Shown piece by piece: positions 26,125-38,668 of a DNA stretch of 64,000 nucleotides (its first letter is position 1; each line of letters begins with the position of its first letter). A model generated the notes under the pieces. The model was not told the origin of the DNA. It saw only the letters and a program-made list of their open reading frames with translations, and made no database searches. The DNA comes from a virus, in IMG/VR virus record IMGVR_UViG_3300002141_000156, positions 1-64,000 of that record; one strand, written 5' to 3'. The position numbers and the translations under genes were made by a program.

Positions 26125-29100
26125 AGATAAATGATCTAAAAAAGCCTAATTTATCTGCTGCATTTGAAATAAATTCATCTACAAATAATAGGAACAGTAT
26201 ATTTTTCATAGTTAATCGCTCCCAAGGTGGAAGATCGTCTTGCACAAGTAATGGATGTAATGATCGTAGCGCAAAGGTTGCTGCTCGAACGTCCTGTGTA
26301 GAAATAGCACCAGATGCAGTATCAACCTTTGGTATTTTAAGAGATGGTAACATTGAATCAACTGCGCCAGCTCCAGCAATAAGTAATGCTGGTAGTGGAG
26401 AATTTGCAATTGGGCCAAGGGCTTGTGCTAATACTTTTGCACCTGCAGAAACTGAATCTGTGTCAATTATTTGTAGTGTTGCAGATTTAGGTATCTGCTT
26501 CTTAAGATTAGTAATTGCGATATGGATTCCCTCTGCTGCTGGGCCGTATGGCGGAAGTTTGAATTGTATTGATTCAAGAAGATTTAAGTTTGTTCCTTTT
26601 AATCCCTTTGCTATCTTTAAGATATTATAAAAAGGTTCAAGTAATTTTTCAACTTCATCGAATTTAAGATCAACAAAATTCTTAAGAACTGCTAATAAGT
26701 CTCCAGGATTAATATTTAAGAAATCAAGATCTAGGGTCTGAAAATTTGGCAAGATATCTTTCTTTGTATTTACAATAACATTCCCTGAACTAAATGCCGA
26801 GGATGTTGTTGTAGGGGATGATGATTTTGGTGAGTATATTCCACCGGAAATTGCAGACTTCTGTGAAGTATTAGGTTCACAGTTTATAATTGATATGTTC
26901 TTATCTAAAATTGAGGTATTACGAATTACTGCCTTTGCACCGGCTTTAATTTTTCCGGATAATACTTGTGGAGTAGATGCTGCCGGTTTTGCAGCGCTAC
27001 GAAAAGGGTCTGGCAGACTGTTCTCAAGATAGGTCAATAATAAATTGGCCAGCGGTTTCTTTAATAGATTTAAGTCGACTGTCAGGTTCAATGGCAAGGC
27101 CGGTTGGGCGCCCAGGTTGGGCGCCTTTATCTCAAATAAAGAAGATAATATCCCAGAAAAAGATTTAGCTAGGGTTAAGAGGTTAATATCTGGTAACGGT
27201 ATCTCAAGATTTGCTGGAATACTCTTTTTAATTAAACTTAAATATGCTGTTGAAATATCCCTAGCTGAAATTTTAGGTTTTCCACCAAATAACACTTTAA
27301 GATTCTGCACAGACATTCCATTAATATAGCTATTCATTAGACTCTTTGCAGAATTGAATATTGGTACTGCTGGACTAATTCCTAGTGCCAGCTTAAATTC
27401 TTTTTTCTTACAACATGGAGAGAATGGATTAAAATCTATACTAATTTGACTAAGTGTTGCAATAACTGCCGGAGTTAGTGCCAGTGCCTGCTTTACCCGC
27501 TCATTTTCAAAAGCATCAGATAATCCAACTTGTGCTTTTTCTAGGTCTTTGCGAAGTTTTGCACGCTTTGCTGGATCCTTTTCAGTTTTTACTTTTTCCT
27601 TAGCTGCATCGACTTTCTTTTTTGCGCTATCTGCAGTTGTTGAGGTTGACTTTCCGCTAACCGCATCGGTCACGACCTTTGTTATATCTTTTAAAATGTT
27701 TCGAGCCTTATCTGGTTCATTATTAAGATCAATTGTTTCGTCTTGTGAAAGTGATTTATTTACTGCGGTTTTTATTTTATCTTTACTTTTAGCTAATTGA
27801 ATTGCAAGTAGTTTTTGAACCTTTGAATCATCCTTGGAAAAGAATTGTGTTTTATAGATACTTGAAAATTCATTAATATGACTTAAAAATTCGACAATTG
27901 CATTTAATTTTGGATCAACAGTTGACGAATCTTTAGGTAAGGTAATCTTTGGAAATTTAATACGATCAAAATATGCCATTAAGTCTGATTTGATTGCATC
28001 GCGCTTATCGCTTAGACTAATTCCATCAGTGCTTAATTCACCTCGGATACGAGCTGCTTTTGAATCATCGCCATCAACTAACGCTTTTTTAAGATCCGCT
28101 AATAATTTATCTTGTCGAGTAGTTATTTTATTTTTAATACTATTTGATTTACCAAGAGCGGGCTTTCCAAGATCATCAATACGATTTAATATTGAACGCT
28201 TAGCATCTTCAATTATATCCTTTACTGAGTCTACCTTATCTACTATTTTTGCTAATTTTTCAGCATCACTTAGGTGTTCAGTTGCACTTGCAAGATTTTT
28301 CTTTTCACGAGCAACTTTTAATTTTCGAATGACATTACCATTTTTATTAGCAGCAGACTCTGCTGCACCAAGAATATTTTTTTGTTGCTGCAATTGTAGT
28401 TTCTCTTTTGCTGACAGCATATGATTTACACCAAGCGAAGCTTCTTGTGCAAGACGTGCGGCTTTTGCTTTAATCGCGAGAAGACTTGCAGGTACTTGGA
28501 TTCCCGGCTTAATTGATGTGTCTTCTCCAGTATATCCAAATTTCTTAGATGGCCCCTTTACTGTTAGAATATGCTGCTTAAACCCACTGCTAGATACTAA
28601 AAATACCACCGGTGAAATAAAGATTCCATTTACTGTTAAAAAAATCACAATATTTCCAAGTGGAGTTGAAATTGCAACTAATGGAATCCACATAATTGGT
28701 AGCGGAATCTTAACAAGTCCACCAGGATAAGGAATTGTTAATCCGACTGGCCAATATCTAAGTTTTGTGAACTCTGGGATATTAGGTAGAGGTAATAATC
28801 CAACAAGTGTTGCAATCTTTGCAAACTCTACCCAATAACAGATTTGATTTTGGTTTGGCAGAGTCGGGTCGCATCCATTAATGCTATTTACAAAAAATGG
28901 ATCAGTTCCAAGCATTGCTTTTGCACCACCGCAATCTGCATTTGGGTCATCCTCAACTGGAGTATCAAAACACTCTGGACTCTTTTCCTTTAGAAGATTT
29001 TTGATCTTCTGTGGAGTCGGTTTTAGAGCATCAAGTTTTTGAGTTATTCTAGAAATTTCAGAATCTAAATCAGCTAGACCTTGTAAAAATTCAGCATTTT

Positions 29101-30607
29101 GTCGGTTAACTGTGTCTAGTGCACTTGTGAGTGCTGTACTTTCTCCTGGAAGATATTTGTTAACTCTGCCTACTGCCAGAAGGAGTTGTATTTCCTTTCT
29201 TGCAATAGTTTGCATGGTTAAACGTATAATATTTTGTGCAGGTTCAATTACTTGGGCATGTCTCTCAAGTTTACGTTTTTCAAATCGAGCATCAAACTCT
29301 GTATAAAAATTCTGGACAGAGTCTATATTTTGAATATAATATTCTGCTTCACCTTCACGTTTTTTCTCAGAACCAGTACCTCTTAATTTTGGGTCAACTA
29401 GATTAACATTTGATGTAAGCCCGCGCTCTTCAATTGAAAAGAAATTATTGATTGGGTCTTTAAATAGGTTGTAATATTGTGTGTAGATTCGGCCAGTCGG
29501 TAGAACATCTCCAGATATTTCAAATTGTCTTAAAGAAAAATATGGTGCATCTTGAAAAAATGAATGCTTGACAAGTAATGGACTTGCTTGAATTAATTGA
29601 TCTTGCGTTTCAGTATATGGATCGCCAGTTTTTTTATTAAACTTCTCCCTTTGGGTTCGAATTGAGTGTAAATTGGTAAAGTTAATGTCAAATTTAAAAT
29701 AAGTTTGCTCAATTGCCTGTTTAATACTAGTTGGTTTGCCTGCAATAAAATTAGTAGTGATACAACTTGAGTATGCCTCAAATTGAGTATTTATATTAGC
29801 AACATCTGAGTGCGTAATAAAATTATCAAATAAATTTCCAATATATGTTACAAAACTCGTATTATCATAATTATCTTCTGTTAGATAACCTGAAAGTGCA
29901 ATATAATACTCATTACTGAAAATTGCAAAACTATTACTTGTAGTTTTAAGTGTTTCTTCTTGAATATCAATATTTGAAAGATTAGTCTCTATGCTTTTCT
30001 CAATTATATCACTAGTTGATACCGCTTGATCATATAGTGCCTTATCAGCGTCCAATAAGGATGTAGCATATGCGTCAGCAAGAACGAAAATCAGTTCCGT
30101 TATTTGTGAAAGATCAGTATTTAATTTAGCATCACGATCTTGAAGGCGGCGTAGTTCAATTAGTAATGGCTCAAATATTCCAAGTATTCGAGCTACTTCT
30201 TTTGCACGCTCATCAAAGTAATATGAAATTGGTGCATAATTATCACGATATTCAAGTAATTTATCTAGCAGTATTTTATGCTGATTATAAATGTCAATTT
30301 GTTTTTCAATTATCTTATTTGTTTCTTCAACATTATCAATACACTTTTGCACACCACGTTGAGCATCACCGGTTGGAATATTGATACCGGCAATATCGAT
30401 TGGTGGAAGTAGGTTTGGAACAGCAAGGTCATCACATGGAGCCTCAGTAGTATCAAATAATATATTTGTTTCGCCAAGAGGTTCACATAATGAACTGTTT
30501 AGCAGATCACTAAGTTCAGCTGAAGTAAATTTACGCTTAACTTCGGCCGGAGTTATACCAAGCACATTTGCAACTTCATTAATTAACAGGTCTAATACAG
30601 AGGACAC
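26123..30607 (-). CDS. very large hypothetical protein (1494 aa), probably virion-associated
   Basis: Long ORF with GTG start, coiled coils and a central hydrophobic Pro-rich segment; AATAAATAA motif at 30633-30641. Confidence 0.75.
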   Translation of the reverse strand: MSSVLDLLINEVANVLGITPAEVKRKFTSAELSDLLNSSLCEPLGETNILFDTTEAPCDDLAVPNLLPPIDIAGINIPTGDAQRGVQKCIDNVEETNKIIEKQIDIYNQHKILLDKLLEYRDNYAPISYYFDERAKEVARILGIFEPLLIELRRLQDRDAKLNTDLSQITELIFVLADAYATSLLDADKALYDQAVSTSDIIEKSIETNLSNIDIQEETLKTTSNSFAIFSNEYYIALSGYLTEDNYDNTSFVTYIGNLFDNFITHSDVANINTQFEAYSSCITTNFIAGKPTSIKQAIEQTYFKFDINFTNLHSIRTQREKFNKKTGDPYTETQDQLIQASPLLVKHSFFQDAPYFSLRQFEISGDVLPTGRIYTQYYNLFKDPINNFFSIEERGLTSNVNLVDPKLRGTGSEKKREGEAEYYIQNIDSVQNFYTEFDARFEKRKLERHAQVIEPAQNIIRLTMQTIARKEIQLLLAVGRVNKYLPGESTALTSALDTVNRQNAEFLQGLADLDSEISRITQKLDALKPTPQKIKNLLKEKSPECFDTPVEDDPNADCGGAKAMLGTDPFFVNSINGCDPTLPNQNQICYWVEFAKIATLVGLLPLPNIPEFTKLRYWPVGLTIPYPGGLVKIPLPIMWIPLVAISTPLGNIVIFLTVNGIFISPVVFLVSSSGFKQHILTVKGPSKKFGYTGEDTSIKPGIQVPASLLAIKAKAARLAQEASLGVNHMLSAKEKLQLQQQKNILGAAESAANKNGNVIRKLKVAREKKNLASATEHLSDAEKLAKIVDKVDSVKDIIEDAKRSILNRIDDLGKPALGKSNSIKNKITTRQDKLLADLKKALVDGDDSKAARIRGELSTDGISLSDKRDAIKSDLMAYFDRIKFPKITLPKDSSTVDPKLNAIVEFLSHINEFSSIYKTQFFSKDDSKVQKLLAIQLAKSKDKIKTAVNKSLSQDETIDLNNEPDKARNILKDITKVVTDAVSGKSTSTTADSAKKKVDAAKEKVKTEKDPAKRAKLRKDLEKAQVGLSDAFENERVKQALALTPAVIATLSQISIDFNPFSPCCKKKEFKLALGISPAVPIFNSAKSLMNSYINGMSVQNLKVLFGGKPKISARDISTAYLSLIKKSIPANLEIPLPDINLLTLAKSFSGILSSLFEIKAPNLGAQPALPLNLTVDLNLLKKPLANLLLTYLENSLPDPFRSAAKPAASTPQVLSGKIKAGAKAVIRNTSILDKNISIINCEPNTSQKSAISGGIYSPKSSSPTTTSSAFSSGNVIVNTKKDILPNFQTLDLDFLNINPGDLLAVLKNFVDLKFDEVEKLLEPFYNILKIAKGLKGTNLNLLESIQFKLPPYGPAAEGIHIAITNLKKQIPKSATLQIIDTDSVSAGAKVLAQALGPIANSPLPALLIAGAGAVDSMLPSLKIPKVDTASGAISTQDVRAATFALRSLHPLLVQDDLPPWERLTMKNILFLLFVDEFISNAADKLGFFRSFI

Positions 30608-30646
30608 AGAAATATAGTTATTTTATCTACTATTATTTATTAAACT

Positions 30647-30675
30647 AAAAAGAGACTGCACTGGGCAGTCTCTTT
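30647..30675 (-). terminator. intrinsic terminator after groEL
   Basis: aaagagactgc-actgg-gcagtctcttt hairpin with a T-run on the minus strand. Confidence 0.8.
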
Positions 30676-30703
30676 GATTAAAGTTGACATAGAAATGGCC
30701 AGA

Positions 30704-33111
<2,408 letters not shown>

Positions 33112-33113
33112 TA

Positions 33114-33866
33114 TCAGGGCATTTGTAACTGATAGTCTTCTACTACAGTCAACCCTGATAGTTTTAAAATTACTTGAGCAACTGCAAGAACATCCTTTTG
33201 ACAATATTCAGTGATTCGTTGGATATCTCGTTCTTTCCAAAATACATCACCGACTTCATCTCCACGAATATCATCCTTTGGTGTTTCTAAACCAAGTGAA
33301 GTAGCTAGGAGTTCTAATGAACTGAAGCCCTCTTGCCATGCACCAAAACTCCAAATTTCGGAAGTATCAATAAGTGGCATTTCCCAAGGTTTTAAATTAG
33401 TTAATTGTAATCCTTTTGGTAATGGCGTACTTGCCATGATTAATCGCTTACACATCATTGGAACATCAAATCGTTTGATATTATGTCCAGTAAATTTATA
33501 TGCAGCAAATTTAGTGAATACTGTGCTGATGCCACTAAGAACGTCGGCTTCATCAAATGAAGAATAACTCTTGATAATTAATGATGGTACTTGGCCAAGA
33601 ATTGGATCTTCGCTGAAAGTGACGCGACCAAATGATGCGCAGACAATTCTGCTAAATTCAGGAGTAAGAGCAGCTTTTGCTTCATATAACTGCTCATCGC
33701 TCATTTCTTTATTTTCATCGAATCTAGAACGAAGATAATTACATCGTTTGCTCCATAGGTCAGCCATTCTTGGATTTGCAGCATTTAATCCATCTAATGT
33801 TGGAAAAGTAGATGCTGTCTCCAGGTCAAAAAAGACCATTTTTTGTATTTCAGCGAGTGTGTACAT
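33114..33866 (-). CDS. stand-alone PolB-type DEDDy 3'-5' exonuclease
   Basis: FFDLET, GHNIKRFDVP, YCQKDV. Confidence 0.85.
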   Translation of the reverse strand: MYTLAEIQKMVFFDLETASTFPTLDGLNAANPRMADLWSKRCNYLRSRFDENKEMSDEQLYEAKAALTPEFSRIVCASFGRVTFSEDPILGQVPSLIIKSYSSFDEADVLSGISTVFTKFAAYKFTGHNIKRFDVPMMCKRLIMASTPLPKGLQLTNLKPWEMPLIDTSEIWSFGAWQEGFSSLELLATSLGLETPKDDIRGDEVGDVFWKERDIQRITEYCQKDVLAVAQVILKLSGLTVVEDYQLQMP

Positions 33867-33961
33867 ATATTATTAAGGTTTAAAGAGTATAATGGGTATA
33901 TCTATACGTAATATTATTAAATTATCCAGCGCTTACTAGAGTAATTAGATTACCGGATATT

Positions 33962-34183
33962 TCATTTATTTGCTTTGTATTTTGATAATTTATAAATATT
34001 GATTATTATACATAGACTGTTCATAATTATTATAGGATTAGAATGTATTAAAATTCCATATAAAACAAAAAGTACACAAGCTATAGTATTTACGATTCTT
34101 AATGTGATAATATTTGTGAATAATATTGAAATTAGTACTACAATCATTGCAAAGTACCCAAATATTTCGATTAAATTAGTCAT
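33962..34183 (-). CDS. small multi-pass membrane protein (YgjV-like)
   Basis: GYFAMIVVLIS...LRIVNTIAC.LF..YG...PII..N; start reassigned to MTNLIE. Confidence 0.55.
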   Translation of the reverse strand: MTNLIEIFGYFAMIVVLISILFTNIITLRIVNTIACVLFVLYGILIHSNPIIIMNSLCIIINIYKLSKYKANK

Positions 34184-34376
34184 TGTCTGATTCCTTCTCC
34201 TTCTTAAAATCTCCAGCGGCATCACAATTTGCTGGATATCCATGTTTTCGAATATTCCAATATCGTAAGGTACGATTATACATTTTAACTATGAATTGAA
34301 GCGGAAGTCCAATAAGAATAACGACGCCGAGCCAAGTCCAAAAATCTCTAAAAATAAAATTTAATATTTCGACCAT
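34176..34376 (-). CDS. small membrane protein
   Basis: FWTWLGVVILIG hydrophobic helix. Confidence 0.6.
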   Translation of the reverse strand: MVEILNFIFRDFWTWLGVVILIGLPLQFIVKMYNRTLRYWNIRKHGYPANCDAAGDFKKEKESDND

Positions 34377-34393
34377 ATGTAGTTGTGTAATTA

Positions 34394-34879
34394 CTAAGTT
34401 TTTTTATTTGTATTTAGTTTTTTTTCAATATAATCTGCAATAATTACGACAGATTCGTCGTCTATACATAAGTGATCATTTCCATTTATTTTAAGAGAAA
34501 AATCTCCATCGCTTGGATCAAGCACAATATCAGTAAGTGATATAATTGGATTATGTTTCCTTGCACGACGTTCCTCCATTTTAATTAGCATCTCTTGAAC
34601 TCCAGTATTTTTTCCCCAATTCTTTCGATCTGATGAGGTATGATTGTAATAGTGTGTTGATGTTTGAGTATTATCATGGATAGTAATGTTTAATTTACTC
34701 CAATCTTCAATTTTATCCCAGTTATTTAAGACAAATAATTTTGCACAAGCTCCAATGTTTTCAAGTGCAGCAATATGCTTTTGATATTCACTATAGAATT
34801 CGTTATCGACAAATATGCGAGACCTCCGATATCCTTCTGTAAAAACTGGGGTAAATAATTCTCCAAATATCTGTCCCAT
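34394..34879 (-). CDS. hypothetical protein
   Basis: Start reassigned to MGQIFG, next to the upstream stop. Confidence 0.65.
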   Translation of the reverse strand: MGQIFGELFTPVFTEGYRRSRIFVDNEFYSEYQKHIAALENIGACAKLFVLNNWDKIEDWSKLNITIHDNTQTSTHYYNHTSSDRKNWGKNTGVQEMLIKMEERRARKHNPIISLTDIVLDPSDGDFSLKINGNDHLCIDDESVVIIADYIEKKLNTNKKT

Positions 34880-34880
34880 A

Positions 34881-35300
34881 TTACTCAGCGATTGATATTG
34901 AGTTAGTTTTACGATATTCTTGTTCTTTTGCATACATCTGATTTGCAAAACTCTCTCCTATTCCTCGCTCGATGTTATATGCAATACACGCAGCAAGCCA
35001 ATTATCATTCATTTGGCTCATCGGTACCCAAGTAAGAGGCTGTGCTCCATCTTTACCGCGACCACCACGACAGTAATTCTCACGAATAACTTCAAATGGT
35101 GCATCATCATAAATTGTTAATTCTTGATGTGGAGCAGTCACCTGAACAGATCTGCGCAAATAATCCATTCCGCCGTCTACCATATAAATCAACCCATTTT
35201 TATCTGTGTATTCTACATAATCATGTCGATGCATTGATTTTAAAAGTGTACCATCTGGGGTACGAATTTGATTTATTATTATTTGTTTTTCATTTTCCAT
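34881..35300 (-). CDS. conserved phage hypothetical protein
   Basis: S.HRHDY...VDGG.DYLRR motif. Confidence 0.7.
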   Translation of the reverse strand: MENEKQIIINQIRTPDGTLLKSMHRHDYVEYTDKNGLIYMVDGGMDYLRRSVQVTAPHQELTIYDDAPFEVIRENYCRGGRGKDGAQPLTWVPMSQMNDNWLAACIAYNIERGIGESFANQMYAKEQEYRKTNSISIAE

Positions 35301-35374
35301 GGTATTATTATACTACTAAAAAATATTTTATTTCACTTCTTTAATCAAATAGCATTAACCAAAAGTTAATAATA

Positions 35375-35800
35375 TTAGTGTGCACGATCAGTAATTTTTT
35401 CATAAGTTTTTTGTTTTAATTTAACCGCTTCTTGAATTAAAGGGTGCTTTTGAATGTGTTGCTTATGCTTAGTCGGCTGCTTTGTTTCAAAATAAGGAAG
35501 CAGCTTCTTATATAATTGTTCAATCTCTTCAATTGTAAGATTTGCTTTCTTGGCATTAATATCGATTGTACATGCAACTACATTACCTTCAATATAACCC
35601 TTTTTGGAATCGATACGATCCACACTGAAAGCTAATTTACCCTCATCTTCAAATACCGCTTCTGTATAGAAGCAATTTGTTCTTAAGAGCAATGATTTGA
35701 CCGTTTCAAATGAAAGGTCAAATTCAATGCCTCGACTTGTTGCACTCTGTTGAAGATTAATCATCTTCTTTGCGACTTCTATGTCTGGAATTTTCTTCAT
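35375..35800 (-). CDS. His-Me-finger-like protein resembling the T4 Srd N-terminal domain
   Basis: SATSRGIEFDLS, CFYT, SVDRIDSKKGYIEGNVV...N. Confidence 0.5.
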   Translation of the reverse strand: MKKIPDIEVAKKMINLQQSATSRGIEFDLSFETVKSLLLRTNCFYTEAVFEDEGKLAFSVDRIDSKKGYIEGNVVACTIDINAKKANLTIEEIEQLYKKLLPYFETKQPTKHKQHIQKHPLIQEAVKLKQKTYEKITDRAH

Positions 35801-36321
35801 TATTGTTTATAGAATATGTTTGTGTATTTTGTTTTTAAAATAAGTTTATAATAATCAATTGTTTCTTTTCTACCGTCTGAGTGATGTTTTTTCCAGGTTT
35901 GAGGAAATTCCTTAATACCTTGTTCTATTCTTTCTTTTTTTGACTTGGTTTTATCTGTATCGTGTTCATAATATAACCATGCTTCCCAATAGTTCGATGG
36001 ATGTTCTACATTAACAATCACTGCTATTTGCCATTTAAAAAAAACAAATGATAAAACTGGTGACCATTCATGTCGATAGTCAGTGTCAGTCCACTTTGTT
36101 TTCCAACCAAGTCCACAGTAACTAAATCCTATTTTCTTAGGAACAGCTGTCATATATCCTGGTTTTTCTTTACTTTTAATCCATTTTCTAGGAAAAAAAT
36201 ATGGAACCCCAACTGCAATTTTACCACAGTAAAATTTTAATTGAAATGGCTTAAATGGTGAGAATAATGCTTTTATAAAAAGAAGCTCACGTAACTTATA
36301 TTTTAGTGTTGATATTTTCAT
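35800..36321 (-). CDS. hypothetical Trp/Lys-rich protein
   Basis: 173-aa ORF. Confidence 0.7.
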   Translation of the reverse strand: MKISTLKYKLRELLFIKALFSPFKPFQLKFYCGKIAVGVPYFFPRKWIKSKEKPGYMTAVPKKIGFSYCGLGWKTKWTDTDYRHEWSPVLSFVFFKWQIAVIVNVEHPSNYWEAWLYYEHDTDKTKSKKERIEQGIKEFPQTWKKHHSDGRKETIDYYKLILKTKYTNIFYKQ

Positions 36322-36349
36322 AACTTTTGTTTTTAGATAAGTATTAGTA

Positions 36350-36502
36350 CTACTTTTTCTTATTGGGTATTATATTACTCTTCTTATGATCGCTTAACCA
36401 TTTTGCTTGGTCCCGTGCTTCTTGTAGGGTAACTGGTTTTTGCTTGGATAATTGTTCCATTCCTAACTTAGCTCTTTCTGTAAAGGTTATATTATACTTC
36501 AT
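36350..36502 (-). CDS. 50-aa hypothetical protein (not in ORF track)
   Basis: MKYNITFTERAKLGMEQLSKQKPVTLQEARDQAKWL...; fills the gap between co-directional genes. Confidence 0.5.
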   Translation of the reverse strand: MKYNITFTERAKLGMEQLSKQKPVTLQEARDQAKWLSDHKKSNIIPNKKK

Positions 36503-36516
36503 TAGTTCCCCCGCAT

Positions 36517-36846
36517 TTAAAAGTTTAACGTAATGGTTACTGACATTATTAATGCCCCAGATATAATTGCGGCCATTCTACTTTGTGATTCCCATATCTT
36601 TTGTTTTTCCCAATGTCCTTGTTGTCCATAAAAGGTTGATGAATTGCTTACATTGTCTGCAACCCATTTCTTTTCTGGAGTAGTTAATATTCCCGCTACA
36701 ATAAAGACTCCACCAGCAATTGCTCCTAACACAGTTGGGCTGATTTGCAGTTTATAATTTGTTTCTTTGTTAAAGGATTGTCCCTTTACATTTGTAAAAC
36801 TTAGTAAGCTACTTACTAGTAATACCATTGTGATTGTTTTTTTCAT
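36517..36846 (-). CDS. membrane/secreted protein
   Basis: Signal-peptide-like MKKTITMVLLVSSLL plus two hydrophobic segments. Confidence 0.65.
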   Translation of the reverse strand: MKKTITMVLLVSSLLSFTNVKGQSFNKETNYKLQISPTVLGAIAGGVFIVAGILTTPEKKWVADNVSNSSTFYGQQGHWEKQKIWESQSRMAAIISGALIMSVTITLNF

Positions 36847-36898
36847 AACTTTTGTTTTATTGATATTAAGATAAGATATTCTTTTGTTATTACCAAAT

Positions 36899-37723
36899 TT
36901 AATTTAATCTTTTTAATACATCATTAATGCGCAAAACCATTTCAATTGCAACAGGTGCTGACATTAGCGCTATAAGAAAATTGTTTACATATGAGTATAC
37001 AGTTACCACACTACCTATTGTAATATTTTTTGTAGTAGTGATTAATAGTATAATGGATAGTAGTAAAAACACATACTTAATAGAGCTTACTAGAAACCAA
37101 TTCTTACCTTGTATAGTCGATTGACATATTTCTATCTTTCTTCTTCTATTAAAGAAAGATTCAGAACTTGCATATCCATTTTCAATAGACCTTGCTTTTG
37201 TTTCATAATGATTATTTGATATGTTAATGCCTTGTTTTATTTTTTTATAAAGTATAAATACTGCACTTATAATAAAAATAATCGCAAAGCTGATTAATAC
37301 ACCAACTTGCCAATTCTCTGAAAATATAAAAATAAGCGAACCAACTATGGTCACAATTGTTGCAATATAATAATGTACGTAACCTTCTAGAACATTAATA
37401 ATTTCATGCGTCATATCTGTTCTGGCTATCTTAGTTGAAACATCAACATTATCTTTCTTAAGAAATTTTAATGCTATATTCTTATAAATGTTAGTGTATA
37501 CTTTTGTATCATAAACCATTCGTTTGTAATTGAAAAAGTTTGATACAAAATAGGAAAGACCTAAAAGCACCATCCAATACCAATTACCAACAATTAATCC
37601 ATCAATACTTTTTCCAAGTAAGAATGGAGTCGATAATATAGAAAGCTCAGTGAGCAACATAAACACATATATCCATGTTAATTGATACTTGTATTGTTTA
37701 AATATAACAATAAGTTTATTCAT
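36899..37723 (-). CDS. ABC transporter six-TM membrane domain without ATPase (ABC_membrane_3-like)
   Basis: PFLLGKSIDGL, RMVYDTKVY..IY, STKIART, six hydrophobic helices; start MNKL overlaps the ferredoxin stop (ATGAATAA). Confidence 0.65.
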   Translation of the reverse strand: MNKLIVIFKQYKYQLTWIYVFMLLTELSILSTPFLLGKSIDGLIVGNWYWMVLLGLSYFVSNFFNYKRMVYDTKVYTNIYKNIALKFLKKDNVDVSTKIARTDMTHEIINVLEGYVHYYIATIVTIVGSLIFIFSENWQVGVLISFAIIFIISAVFILYKKIKQGINISNNHYETKARSIENGYASSESFFNRRRKIEICQSTIQGKNWFLVSSIKYVFLLLSIILLITTTKNITIGSVVTVYSYVNNFLIALMSAPVAIEMVLRINDVLKRLN

Positions 37724-38024
37724 ACTCTTGTCCAAAAAATTTATAATTCTTGTGTACGGATTCTTCATCACCGGCTGCAATTGCAGTGTCTTCATCTTCA
37801 TAAATTGCGTCTGGTGGGCATTCTGTAATGCATGCTCCACAGTCTATGCATGTGCTTGGATCAATGTATAATTGTCCTCCTGGGAAAGCACTTCTGCCTT
37901 GTTTTTCAACTTCAGTACCAGATCCTTCAATGTTAATTGGTCCATGAATACAATCCACCGGACATACATTTACACATGCTGTGTCCATACAATCCACACA
38001 AGCTTTTCCTATAATGTAACTCAT
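37716..38024 (-). CDS. dicluster (7Fe/8Fe, FdxA-like) ferredoxin
   Basis: CVDCMDTACVNVCPVDCI and LYIDPSTCIDCGACITECP. Confidence 0.92.
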   Translation of the reverse strand: MSYIIGKACVDCMDTACVNVCPVDCIHGPINIEGSGTEVEKQGRSAFPGGQLYIDPSTCIDCGACITECPPDAIYEDEDTAIAAGDEESVHKNYKFFGQEYE

Positions 38025-38030
38025 AATTTA

Positions 38031-38345
38031 TTAGTTTTTAAAGTATTTATTTTTAATTAAGTAGTTGTAAGTTCCCTTTAGGTCTTTACATATCTCTTTA
38101 CCATTGTCATCTGCTGTCATATCTTTCTTTGGCTTACCTGATATGCCGTCCTTCTCATATAGGTACCAGTTCAGCCAATCTTCTCCATGTTCTGTTAGTA
38201 TTTGTGACCACAGTAAATGAATTATTGTGTCTGTCTGTGAAAACAACTCAACAAAGTCAATTCCTAAATCATGGAGTTTGTCCAATTTCTTTGAATGAGC
38301 AATTTGTAAATCAATAATTTTTTTAAATTCTGTGTATGTGGTCAT
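38031..38345 (-). CDS. hypothetical protein
   Basis: 104-aa ORF (DWLNWYLYEK). Confidence 0.7.
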   Translation of the reverse strand: MTTYTEFKKIIDLQIAHSKKLDKLHDLGIDFVELFSQTDTIIHLLWSQILTEHGEDWLNWYLYEKDGISGKPKKDMTADDNGKEICKDLKGTYNYLIKNKYFKN

Positions 38346-38653
38346 TATTTTATAGTTGTTAGTTCGTAAGTTGAATTTTGTGTTTGAAATTTAGTGTATC
38401 CTTCTTTTTGATCTACTATCTCAGTAATTGCTGTTGTAAGCCAAGTGTAATTAAATCTTGGGTCTAATATCAAAGACCTTCCTATCTGAGCATCATCATA
38501 AGATTCTTTTGCAGTCCCGTCTTCATTCCATTCAACATATTGAACTTGGTATGCTGTGCGAGTTAAACCATCGTTTAATCTTTTTAATGTGTACTTTGCT
38601 TTTGGTTCTTCTCTTGGAACAACCATATTGGCATCATATTTGTTAGTTTTCAT
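38345..38653 (-). CDS. hypothetical protein
   Basis: 102-aa ORF ending TT.ITEI...FQTQNSTYEL. Confidence 0.7.
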   Translation of the reverse strand: MKTNKYDANMVVPREEPKAKYTLKRLNDGLTRTAYQVQYVEWNEDGTAKESYDDAQIGRSLILDPRFNYTWLTTAITEIVDQKEGYTKFQTQNSTYELTTIK

Positions 38654-38668
38654 AGCTTGTTTTTTAGA

